Positions 13,252 to 24,704 of a stretch of DNA of 40,518 bases are shown in pieces. Position 1 is the stretch's first letter, and every line of letters starts with the position of its first letter. The DNA is from Paraglomus brasilianum (lineage: Eukaryota), in the NCBI GenBank assembly GCA_910592345.1, contig CAJVPI010000236.1:1-40518 (forward strand), read 5' to 3'. The notes under the pieces are model-generated. The model was not told where the DNA came from, ran no database searches, and saw only the letters and a program-made list of their open reading frames with translations. The translations under genes and the position numbers were made by a program.

Positions 13252-13428
13252 CAGTGGACTCTCCCCAAGTGCAGCTTCTCTAAGTGCAGGCACCATATTT
13301 TCCCTCCCTAAATGCAGGATCTTTATAAGACCATTAAGTATTTCACTCTCTATAGATTCTCTATAAATGCATGTTGTTGGCCATATTAATACGGTCCCGT
13401 CGGTGTTGCACTTAGGGAGAGTACGCTG
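13252..13428. mobile_element. 177-bp Tc1/mariner-pogo-type MITE with TA target-site duplication
   Basis: Left end cagtggactctccccaagtgcagc matches the reverse-complemented right end cagcgtactctccctaagtgcaac at 20/24 positions. TA flanks both ends (13250-51, 13429-30). No coding capacity. Confidence 0.8.
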
Positions 13429-14257
13429 TAATTTTTTGTTTAGATATAATAAGTAATTACTAATTAAGACTGATTAAGCCCTCGATGCTCATTTGCTGAC
13501 CTCTGTGTATTAGTATGTCAGCCAATAAAGATTAAGATTACCGAATTGAATCATTCAATACAATATTCTTAACCACACGTTTATTTGTCATATTATTTGA
13601 TTCTTATAATAATAAGAAGTTTTGTTTTTTGATTACATCTATTATTTCATAACTTTTAACTTAAACATGGATGACCAATTTTTGTTTGTTATTAGAACTG
13701 ATCTATTTAGTAGTTAGACAAGATATTTATAATGAATGAATTGTTATAATTAAATTATTAAATTAGAATATACTGTGTATTATTTATCAATACAATGCAA
13801 AAATGCCGATTGAGAGAATCAAATTACAATGATCTGTAATTATCCATTATTACTATAATATGACCTTGGTAATAAGAAGCAAAAAAGCAATTAAAATTAT
13901 TGTCTCATATGGTATAATCAGTTATATTTAAACTTTCTTTGTATTAATGCATTATTTAATTAAAGTACATCAATTGTGTTTACAGACAATGTGGCAAGTT
14001 TGTTCAGCCTTTATTTCAATAGAGTATTCAAGTTACTGTTATAATCTACCACCAAGAATTACTTTATAATAACTTTAAAATTTCATTGTCAAAAGTCAGA
14101 CCACAAACACTTAATTGAGACAATATCTTTATTATGTCTAGCATATGGTAAATATAAAGTGAATACTGATATTAATATGTTGATCAATTTAACTAAATAA
14201 TAACTTGATTGTAGCAATCATTTCTGAAATATTATGTTGTAATTGATAATCAATAAA

Positions 14258-15885
14258 TTAACTCATGACTTCCTCTCTTTTAACTAGTTGAAAGACTTCA
14301 AACTCATCTATTTCTGAAACACAATCATTCAATAGTTGTTTTTCACATGTATTATGTTTGTAGACAAATTTATCACAAATACAAACCTTTAAATCTCTCC
14401 CAAACTGAAAGCAACTTTCACTAATATCAAATCCATTATATATAGCACGATTGAAACGTTTCACTGAACTTAAAACAGGTTCACAAGATACCAATGGAAT
14501 TCCTTCCTCTGTTTTTACAATTTTTTTAGTTATGGCAAATATAAAACTGTCATTGGTGTCAAACCATATATTTGATCTTTGCCAGCTAAGTGGATTGTAT
14601 CCACCCAATATTTCACCTGTATCTTTTGCTCTTATTACAAATACAGTTGCTCCTTTACCAATACACTTTTCTTTGAAAATAGCTTGTTCAAAACCATCCA
14701 CAGAACGACAAAAAATCCGTTTAAAAAAGTATGGATTCATGGTCAAACTTTCACTTCCTGTTTGTGAGTAAATATGGTTTCCAATGACTGTACATTGTCC
14801 CCTGGTAAGCAAGCATGATACAAATGGAATATGGTTTTTAGGAACTGATATCTTAGAATTACTTGGATCAAGGTAGTGTTCCAAAAGATCTTCATAGTAT
14901 TCATCTGAAAAAATACATTTGTATGGATGTATTTTTTTATAGAAATCAGGTGCAGATATACTGTGAAATCTGATAAGTGGTAATATATTTCCAAGCCTGT
15001 CCCGGAGTACAAGACGTTCTGATGATTGGTATTTTTTAATATTTTCTGGTAGTGCTGGATCTTGTGCAATAGCCCATTTTATAATTTTATCCCAGATTAC
15101 AATCTCTGGAATATTGAGATCAAGTCTTTTCAAAATGCCAATTAGATCTTCGACATTCAACGTAGTAAAATCAGAAGAATCAAAAAAAGACTCTGGCCTT
15201 TCCATGATCACTGTGTCAATGAATCTGTTTAACATGTGTAATTGTGGATGCTGTTTGCAGAATAACATAATTGCTACAAGATTGGTCTCTAGTACACTGG
15301 CATATTTTGCGCAGATCAGTCGTTGTAAAATTCGGCTTGGTTCTTGCAATTTGAAAGTATCAAACGTAGATAATAACTGTAGGTACTCGTTCATGGAATC
15401 TGTCATCTCAGCCAGTTCTAATTTCCCTGTATACATGTATCTATAATATAATAAATACAAGATTAATACAGCTAACATAAATAAGAATATGTTATAATTT
15501 TAGAAGTATCTACTACTACTAACTTGATAATAATCGTGAATGCAGAAGGCGACACATTTTCAAGGACAAGCGCAGTTTCATCCGCAGGATATAAACACAA
15601 ATCCTCTTCGATAGAAACTTCGTTTCCCATGAAGATTTTGTGAAAGTATGGCGACTGAATGCAGAGTAGGCATTTGTGGGCTTTGAACTCTTGGCGCGCT
15701 GAATCTTTTCCAACTACAATAGTAATATCGCATGCAATTTGTTTTTCATACAATGTTTTCAGACTAGACATGAGAGATTGCTCCAAGTTGAAGATACTCG
15801 GCTTTTCTTCACTCTTGACCTTCGTTGGATCTCCTGTGGCTTTTCCATTATTTCCTTCGCTATCGCTAGTCTTTTCTTCAACCAT
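14258..15885 (-). CDS. BTB-BACK-TLDc protein #2 (subfamily A; closest paralog of #1), 2 exons, ~514 aa
   Basis: ATG at 15885 (MVEEKTS), exon 1 to 15524, intron 15523-15441 (gttagt...tatag), exon 2 15440-14258. Motifs CDITIVVG...FKAHKCLL, FFDSSDF, GATVFVI...ILGGYNP and EFEVF. Colinear with #1. Confidence 0.9.
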
Positions 15886-17774
15886 TTTAGTGTGACGCTC
15901 ACGTTCCGCTTGAGGTAATACTTTAATAGACATAAGTACGCTTTCTGTAGCATCGTGGGAAATCAACATGACAAAAGGAGTTGGCTTAATCACATGATCA
16001 ATAGTCTGCGACATTTGTACGACTTTATTGCAAAGCTACGGCCCGCTATTGTACGCCTCAACCAATAACTAAATAACTGTTCTGTAATGCTGTGTTGATT
16101 ATCTATAATAAATAATAATAAAGCAAGTTAGAATGGTAAACCTTAAGACATTCCGGGCTGTTGATAGGTCCAGCTATATTTAAGCAAGGTCTGATATCGA
16201 ATCATTCTATCTATTATTGCTATATTTGCCAAGCAGTATGCACCAACTTGCACCAAAGCAGCCTACCTTGCATCCTGGTTTCCATATTAATAATGATGTC
16301 TAATCAATGAGTTTCACAAACAGTTCACATACATGACAGATCTACTCGTGAACTAAAAACGCTCGCAATGCCACCACACAACCATCTTCAGTTGTCCATT
16401 TCGAACTACAGTATACCTCTTATATAGTCACCCCATGCCATGTCCATGTAGTCATGTTTTTTGTTGAAACCAACCGATTTTATAATAAATTTACACCTAT
16501 TTAGGCACATTTTGACTATAGTCACTATCACACACCCATCCATGGAACGGCATAATAACAGATAATGCCTCCCTTTTAGTCACATCACGTGAACAAAGTA
16601 TTTAATAGTTTTTAGTTGTTTCTTCACTTTATAAAAGAACGTCTATCAGTGACTGCATCTTCCATGTACATAATAAGACTTTTAAACAAAACTTACTTTA
16701 ACTCTAAATATAGTCTCAACATTGACCGAACGACTATCAGTAAAATAAAGATAAGCGGAAGAGGGGAGGGTCTAAAACATCGTAAAGTCAAATTTCCTTT
16801 GTTAGTATAGGAAGAACGTTTCTGTCTATTACTTGCGATAAATGAAGCAGTTATTTCGCCAGTGATTTTGGAATAAAGTTATATCAACAATATTATACAA
16901 TTATTATTATTTATATTACTTAATTAACGATTTGTATTTATGAATACCTCACGTGTCTATGAGTAGTAGTAGTCACATTCATTCACATTTCGACACCTTA
17001 CACGTGCCATTCTTTCGCGCGGCCAATTACTTCCTTTACTGTATATGCCCACATACCACCGTTCTCGCATCCCAGTATACTGTAAGTTAGTTGCTGCCAA
17101 AATGTTAACTGTTACGAAGAAATCACCGTACCAGTCACAAATTGATCAACAATGACTATTAGAAGATCTTGTAATAACTTGAACGATAAATTCGCTGCTC
17201 GCAATGCTTGATAGGTATAAGTTTTCCACGGACAATTTTATGCAGAATGTAACGACCTAATACGTAAATTACGGTATCGTTATGCTTATAATAATAAACG
17301 TTACGTGTGACTTTTTACAAAGTACAGCTTTTATAATTTTTGAACTTTGAAGTTGTCTATTCTCAATGAACCAAATAGTGTCTGTGAGTAGATAAATGTA
17401 TTGTAGTATAAAGAAACATCGACAAATTAAGTGTCGACTTGTTTTCGCAATTCGTATTCGAAATAAAAAACAAGAACTCGCCATTGTCCATTCGTACCAT
17501 CGCGCTGTCATACAGAATAAAATCCATCATAGACAATAAAGAGTCACATATAATATGGAGCTTGACGTATTTATATAGAAAAGAATTGTTTTCGCTTCCA
17601 AAATACGCATAAAACAGAAGAAGCAAAATACTGTACATAATTGTTGAAACATCATCATTATGGCACAATCTAAGTCAGACAATACGACTTGATACATGTC
17701 AATTTTGCCGCTTCTGTTGACTGCTTTTCATAGCATAAACTATTTTTTTTATAGTGATATAAATTGACAACATT

Positions 17775-19930
17775 CTACTTGGTTTTCGAATGCTTATTCG
17801 GAGTTCGCGTACATACAAGTTCCTCAGGATCAATTCGTTCTTCACGTGCAGACCGCCTTCTTTTTCTCGCATGCTTCATCTCAATGTTCATTAGTAGTCT
17901 TGAAGCCTCTGTGGCTTTCACCTGCAATGTCTTCAGAACTGCAAATGCCTCCTCTAACGAGTAGAGGGTATCTTTGTTGTTTGGTACGAAGCATTGATCG
18001 ATCAATCCGAAAAGGTAGACTCCCCCGCCACACCAGACCATAGCGTAGATATTTATTTGTAATCCTGAAAAACAATATCAGATCGCAAACGTTATCGCAA
18101 AATCGCAAACGTTATGGCACTGAAATTCAGATGAAATATTGTAACACATACCGACCACGTGGACTCCATATACAACTAAATGCAAGAATTCAGCACAACC
18201 TAACTTGCTGTATGTTTTGATGAGCTGATTTAACTCATCTCGCAACATAACCATAAGCTTGAGTTTATCGAGCCATTGCTTACGCTTGCAGGCCGCTGTC
18301 TTTCCGTCCTTGATACCACCGGAAATCTCGCCATGGACAATTTGCAGCTTGTAATTCGGCTTTTTCAAGCTAAGTTTGAAATCCACCTTATGACCAAGTT
18401 TGGCCTTGTTGTTGGGGCTGACGTTACTATTTTTTGCGTTGGAACTCGAGTCCGAAGTAACATCTCCCCTAATTGAGTAGAAACAAAGTTATTTAGTTCT
18501 TTGCCCAATTTGTGTATTTCCCATTTCGGTAACCTTCCCAAGATCTACGATATTGTTTAAGCATAAGATCATCATGCTCACCATTCCAGCTGCGACGTGA
18601 TATCATCACGGAGAATTGTAACAATCAAAGGATAATACAACGCGTGTGTGACATGAGACTCAGACATAAGGGCTTCAAGAGGATAACTCGCCTGTCTGCT
18701 GCAAACACAGTAAGCAAATAAAGCGTCAGGACAAATCAAGCCGGCACAATAAACAAGACAAATACTTACAGGAACTCAATTGCAACATGGAAGGCTTTCA
18801 GATCCTCTCTTGCTTCAGATGATAGCGTGCAATCTTTGTCAAAGTACTGCGCGAAATGCTCAGGAGTTTGGATGGATTGCCATTGAACCACGGAACCAAA
18901 TATCTCTCGAAGTTCTTGCCAATCTTCAGTAGTAAATGCAGACTTGAGCTCAATATACTGGCCAGTCAAATCAACGACTCCGTAATATGCCGGATTTAAG
19001 ATTTTGTTTTTCGAGGGGATCTTCGACCGTATGTATCGGAATCTTGCAAACACATCCAAATTACTTGATAGCACAAGGCGTCCACCATTCTGTGACAAGA
19101 GATAACAACTTTAGATTCAAATAAACTCAGCCAATAAACTGTAACTTACCCTCAAAGGTTGTTTCCGAACTCTGTCAATTGAAACCATGTCCTCTTCGGC
19201 AAGGCTTTCTTCAGCAATAGATGAGATAAGGTCCTCCTGGATAGATTCAAACAATGGTTCGATTGATTCTTGGACATAATCATTGCTATCGATTAATGTT
19301 GAAGTACTAGTGCTGGAAAGAATGGCAACCGATGGAGGAGTATGAGCTTCATCTTCGCTGATGTTCTGTTTTAGTCCTTCATCATGAATATTTTCAGGTT
19401 TTTTGTAATATGACTGTTCCAAATTATAAGAAACTTAAAACTTCTAATCCTCTGTTACAATGAGAGCACATTGAAACAAGCTTACATTGCTGAGGTCTTG
19501 TGTATGAACGTCACTTAGTACGGTTTTATCTTTGACAACATTTGTCATTGCCCGTGTTTCATACATTTTCTGTTGTAGACGACTATAAGTCATTACATTC
19601 AGACAGCTAATTTCAAAAAGAATAAATAGTTTAGTTGCTCACATTTGTATGAGAAAGGTCCAATTGATTAAAGTACTGGCGAATTTCGGGACGTCTCCAG
19701 GTGACATCAAAATTCGATTCCAGACTTTCTAGTTTCCGCTTAGCATTTACAAATAATGCATTAGATTTGCGACGACTTTTGATCGTATCTCTTATAACAG
19801 TTGCAACTTCATCCATACTGGCAGAAGTAAATGTTGGATTCTTGATCTTGTGCAAACATTCAACGATATTCCATTCAGTATAATTGACCTCATTGAAATA
19901 CTTATCTATTTGTTTATATACTGGCTCCAT
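17775..19930 (-). CDS. Intact 7-exon hypothetical protein (~559 aa) with C-terminal restriction-endonuclease-like (PD-(D/E)xK-like) domain
   Basis: Exons 19930-19643, 19569-19486, 19413-19150, 19089-18770, 18698-18582, 18468-18152 and 18064-17775 are all GT-AG with consistent phases, total 1680 nt and contain no internal stop. The C-terminal motif series is MSE...EWGD...GHKVD(x15)EISGG...DKLKL..MLRD...VVYGVHVVG. The domain assignment is by motif recall, not by search. Confidence 0.75.
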
Positions 19931-20033
19931 TTAGGATATCTAGAAAATAAAACTGAAGACCGATTAGCTTTAATGAAAAGAATACTAAATAACAAGTAAG
20001 AGAACTTTGAAGGGGACTTTGATTTTACAGCAA

Positions 20034-20326
20034 CTGGTCGGCAATCGGCCTGGAGACGGTGACAATGAGAAGACATGGAACATGCCATCAAAGCAGCTAT
20101 CCAAGATTCATGCCGCCAAGCATCAGCCGAAGGGGGTCGCAAGCAGCGGTGGTGCACAATCGGGTGTAGGTGCTATAAAATCACAATATCTGGTCGGCAA
20201 TCGGCCTGGAGACGGTGACAATGAGAAGACATGGAACATGCCATCAAAGCAGCTATCCAAGATTCATGCCGCCAAGCATCAGCCGAAAGGGGTCGCAAGT
20301 AGCGGTGGTGCACAATCGGGTGTAGG
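20034..20326. repeat. Near-perfect tandem duplication of a 137-bp GC-rich unit (20034-20170 and 20190-20326, 19-bp spacer)
   Basis: The two copies differ at 2 positions. The unit is ~57% GC by hand count, in an AT-rich background. Confidence 0.95.
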
Positions 20327-20581
20327 ATATTGTTGTAAGTCCATAACACATAAATTTAATACATATTTACTTTCCTAATTATAAACCAGCGCGCGATTAA
20401 GACGGGAAACGCGCGCGTCAATTAAATAGCAGTCAGCGGAAATGTCACAGGATTTTGCTCGTGTGATCGATGGAAAGATTTTTAGTCATGTGATCAATGA
20501 ATTTGATAAAACATCATTCTAGACATAGGATTATCCGTGACAAATAGCGAATACAATGGCTCAACTGAATATGAAAAGGCC

Positions 20582-21410
20582 ATGCGTTTCTTGGAGATAG
20601 GTTGCAACTGTGGTTGTTCAAAAAAATTTCGAGAGAAAAGTTTGCCGAGTTACGTGAAGCGTTTCAAGCTCTCTCTAGATCCGAACAAGATATATTTTTA
20701 ATGGCCCAGCTGAAAGCAATGAAATGACCGCCAGTCAACGTCTTAAAAAGAAAATGCGTACTAATAAAAGAACTTTTTACTATTGAGATCGCAATATGCC
20801 ACTTTGTCACTCAACATGTTAGGAATTGGCCGCACTCACTTCGAAATCACCTAGCAACGGGTGGTATAATACCGCGCGTTCATGGTAACATAAAACGAAT
20901 GCCGCAATGAAAGACCAAAATAACCATTGATATGTACAACCGATGCTACCGCCGTGAAAAATTTTCTCGAGAATTATGCTGAAATTCATGGATTACCAAG
21001 TGTCCTGGTAGAAACGTCAACCGAATTACTCAATCGCTTACACTTTTGCCAGCCGAAACGAGTTACAAATCGGTCTATCGTGATTTTATTGCAGGACTCG
21101 AAAAACGGTAGCACGTTGAAATTGTTAAAATGCGATGCGTTCCGCAAGTTATGACGCCTTATATTCAAATAATGAGTCCAAGAACGGATTTATGCGACAC
21201 GTGTCAACATTTTCGGAACGGCAAAAGATTTATTGAAAAAATACAAAGAACATCTGGTTAAGGTCTAGTTAGAGAGAAATTATTACAACAAAAATACAAA
21301 AATAGCAAAACAACAGAGGATATTAGTAGGCGAGCATTTTATAACAAGAGATAAAGCTGATTATTGTAGCGTTGACGCTACTGCTCATTACAGTTGCGAT
21401 TGGTGACAGC
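20582..21410 (+). mobile_element. Degenerate DNA-transposon transposase fragment (Cys-rich N-terminus, PxxDxCxxC motif; Sola-like, tentative)
   Basis: Broken reading frames give GCNCGCSKK, EQDIFLMAQLKAM, PRVHGN, FLENYAEIHGLP, SYKSVYRDF, PRTDLCDTCQ and HYSCDW*Q, with several frameshifts and stops. It truncates near the presumed first catalytic Asp. No TIRs found. Confidence 0.55.
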
Positions 21411-21708
21411 GTTAGTTACTATGTCTCTCTGTGTCACCTGACAGGCTAGGTTATTGAAAAACCGCGAACAGTAGTAATGTCTTAGATATTAGTATCAAAA
21501 ACATGACTGTGCCGTCTAGTAAATTGTCGTTATAGGTTATGAATTTGCATAGTCTCAAGACTTTGCGACCCACTATAAATCATGTTTCATATTCATAACT
21601 TTATTCATAAGATTACAATAAACTTTCTAGTTTAGTTGATGACTGTATGACAATATAATAATATTGCATTTAAAATGAAAAAAAAAAAAAAACCACCTCG
21701 ATCGTCCT

Positions 21709-23576
21709 CTATTTCCTAACAGTTCTCTTAATACTTATACATCGACTCTTATTCCCCTCTTGTACCACTCGCTCACTCTCTTTTTCAACTTCTTCACTTT
21801 TGATTCCAACTCCACTTCCGTCATTATCGTCTACATAATCAACTGTCTCGCTAGTAACGCTTACTGCATCACTGACTATATTAACTTCTTTCATACCCTG
21901 TTCTACATTCTCTTCTACACAGCCGTCCACAGGCTTCCTATCTATCTTCTCATTCCACTTTTCGTTATACGTCTTTTTGACAATCTTGAATACTTCATAC
22001 TCTTCAACCGAGAAATTCTCCGCGCTCTGTCTAATATCCTTATCGTAACTCACTCGCTTACAAACACATAACTTCTCTTCTTTAAAATGTCCTTTCAATC
22101 CCAAATCAGCCTCCCCAAACCATGGTCCCCGTACCGAAGAATTAGCAATAGCACAGCCGTAATGCTTTACCCTAGATACGACAGGTTTATCTTCAATCGA
22201 GTTACCAAACGAAAATATAAAACTCCTTGTTGCATGTTTCCATCTGACTAGTGCCCGTTTAGGTGCATACCAATTATTAGGCGTATATCCGCCAATAATC
22301 TCTTCTGTGTCGCGTACTTTAATAACCGTTACCGTTGCTCCTTGCTTACTACAATAATCATGAAACTTCTTGGAAGTAAAACCATCACGGGAACCTCTTA
22401 GTAGCAAGTGAAACTCGTACGGGTTGTTTTCAGCTTCGGGTGTGGTCAATCCTTGATCTATCCAGGAAGCTATCACGGCAGCGTGTCTAGTGTTAATCAA
22501 AGTCGACTCGATGGGACCCCTTCGTGGACGTATACCAGAATATACGATCTCGTCAGGTGGCATGATTTGTTTGTACAACTCAGATGGAACTATATAGTGA
22601 TATGGTTCCACAAGCGATTTGAAATTGTCTGCAGAGATGTTAAAGAAGCGTATCAAATGTAAATAATCTTTGAGCGTTGACTTGAGCGAGTCAATGTCAG
22701 ACTGAGTCCAGCAATCCGCATTTCTTTTTATGCCTTTTGTGTTTGCAAGTCCCCATCTTATTGTATGACTCCACACATTACACTCATGCATTCTCAATTC
22801 ATCTTGCAATAACAACGTTTCTAACAGCTTTTCTTCTACATCATCAAAGTCATCGCTTTCAAACACTAATTCCGGCTGTGATTTGATAATTTCATTGAAA
22901 AAGTCTTGGAGTAGCTTGAATGGTGGGTGTTTGAATGCGATGCGATGAACCAGTGCCAGATGTCGCTTAAGCCAGGGTGAGTAAGTAGAAAGAACGAATG
23001 TTTGGATTGGAATGATGAGTTCGTCTACGCGCAATGTATCTGCTGCTTCGAGTAGGGAAAGTATCGTTTGTGGAGGAATATGAGTTATATCTATTTTTCC
23101 ACTGTAAAAGTATCTGTTAAAGAAAAGGATAACGGAGGATGGTAAAAGTCTGGTTAGTCTATAGGGGATGGAGAGGGCATGTTCGTGATGTAGGCACGTG
23201 ATATTAGTATACCTCTCTATCTCTCTCTCTCTCTCTCTCTCTTCGACTAGACTCGTTGCAATATACCAAAATCAATCCATTCTGTACTCAAATAAACATT
23301 GTTGTGTGCATATAAAACTAACCTCAACAATATTTCGAATACGTCTGGATCCACGTTCGATTCATTGAGCAAGATAATTCCGTTCTTTGATCTAATCCAT
23401 TTTCTTGATAATGCTGCTTTAAAATACAAAGATCTTGCTCGTAATATGAGAGAATGTGCTTGAAACTGTTTCGTATTTTTCTTTGAACCCACTGTGATTA
23501 AGACGTTATTCAATATGCTATGGTCAAGGAGAGTGTGTATATCTGAGGAGAATCGGTCCATGAATGAAAGTGCCAT
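21709..23576 (-). CDS. BTB-BACK-TLDc protein #3 (subfamily B) with acidic C-terminal tail, 2 exons, ~552 aa
   Basis: Exon 1 23576-23323 (FQAHSLILRARSLYFKAALS..W), intron 23322-23114 (gttagt...aacag), exon 2 23113-21709. TLDc: LLLRGSRDGF...GATVTVIKV...IIGGY...GPWFG...VEEYEVF. Confidence 0.92.
23212..23242. repeat. (CT)n microsatellite inside the intron of BTB-BACK-TLDc #3
   Basis: Visible ctct run. Confidence 0.85.
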
Positions 23577-24704
23577 AATGGGTAAAATCCAGAACGCTTA
23601 ATGATATTTTAAACGAATGTACAAGATTGGAGTGATGGTGTATGTGTTGAGAGGGGGGGGGGGGGATTCGAAGCGGAGTATTGACGTTCTTATGTAGTTA
23701 AAAAAAGTAATCTTTTGTGTATTTGATGTTTGCAGATTCTTTGTTGTTGCTGTATACTCGACTTTTGTCAATCAATGTGGCAAATACTTCCAAACATTTA
23801 TCCGTTCATTCATAATCGTTCCTTATTTTACATGAGCATAAGGATGAAAAACAAGATTTTAGCGATAGGTCCATTGTTATAAGAAAGGGAGAGCATTCTC
23901 GTGAGTAGCGACTGAACATATGAAGCAAGTTCGATTTCATGCAAGTGAGCAAAGAGAGAAGTTTATCAGGCATCGTGAATCAATTATGCACGCCCCTGAG
24001 TAAAAAGGAAATCAAATGCGTGATGGGGTGTTAGATCGCATAACTTATTAAAGAAAAGAGAGGCGGACATTACTGTTCTTGGGTAAAAGATGAGAACAAA
24101 TATGCAAGCTTAGCAAGAGCTACTTTTTCTTGACTTGCAGCTGGGTTATCCGTACCAAGAATCTTTATTTGATATTATCGTTTTATTGTATTAATTAGTG
24201 CTCTTTTTTTTTCCTTTTTTTTTTTTTTATAAAAAATTTTATTTTTTTTTTGCCTGCAGTCTCTCGCTTGTGGCTGGCTCAATCGATCTGCAGAACCCTT
24301 GCCGATCACTTATCCGTACCTATCGTTTATCAACTAATCGGAACTATTGTCCTCGAATTGCCATCCCTTAAATACATACATCCAATTGTTATTTTATTGA
24401 TTAGAAAAATGCACGAGTGGATAGAGTTTTGTTTTTGTTGAGTAATGGAAGAATGCGAGAATGTGATGCGTATGAACATATGTCGTAGAACATTCAAATT
24501 CTTGGGTCACGTGTTAAGATAGACGATGGGCGCACCTTAACAATAATTGTGGATCGGAGGTTTTGATTGGTCACCCGGAATATTGATTCCAATTTCCTCA
24601 AGTTCAGAAGTACCAAGTACCATCAAAAAGCTTACCAATGTGTCAATGCTTTTAAACCTGAATCTTGTTGTTTATCGAAAACATTCAAACATAAATTCCA
24701 AGAA

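Noticed and set aside
16407..17084. tacagtatac ... gtatactgta as possible TIRs
   Set aside because: Only a 10-bp, largely self-palindromic match with no extension
20034..20326. CRISPR-like repeat-spacer interpretation
   Set aside because: Only two 137-bp units, eukaryotic context and no cas genes
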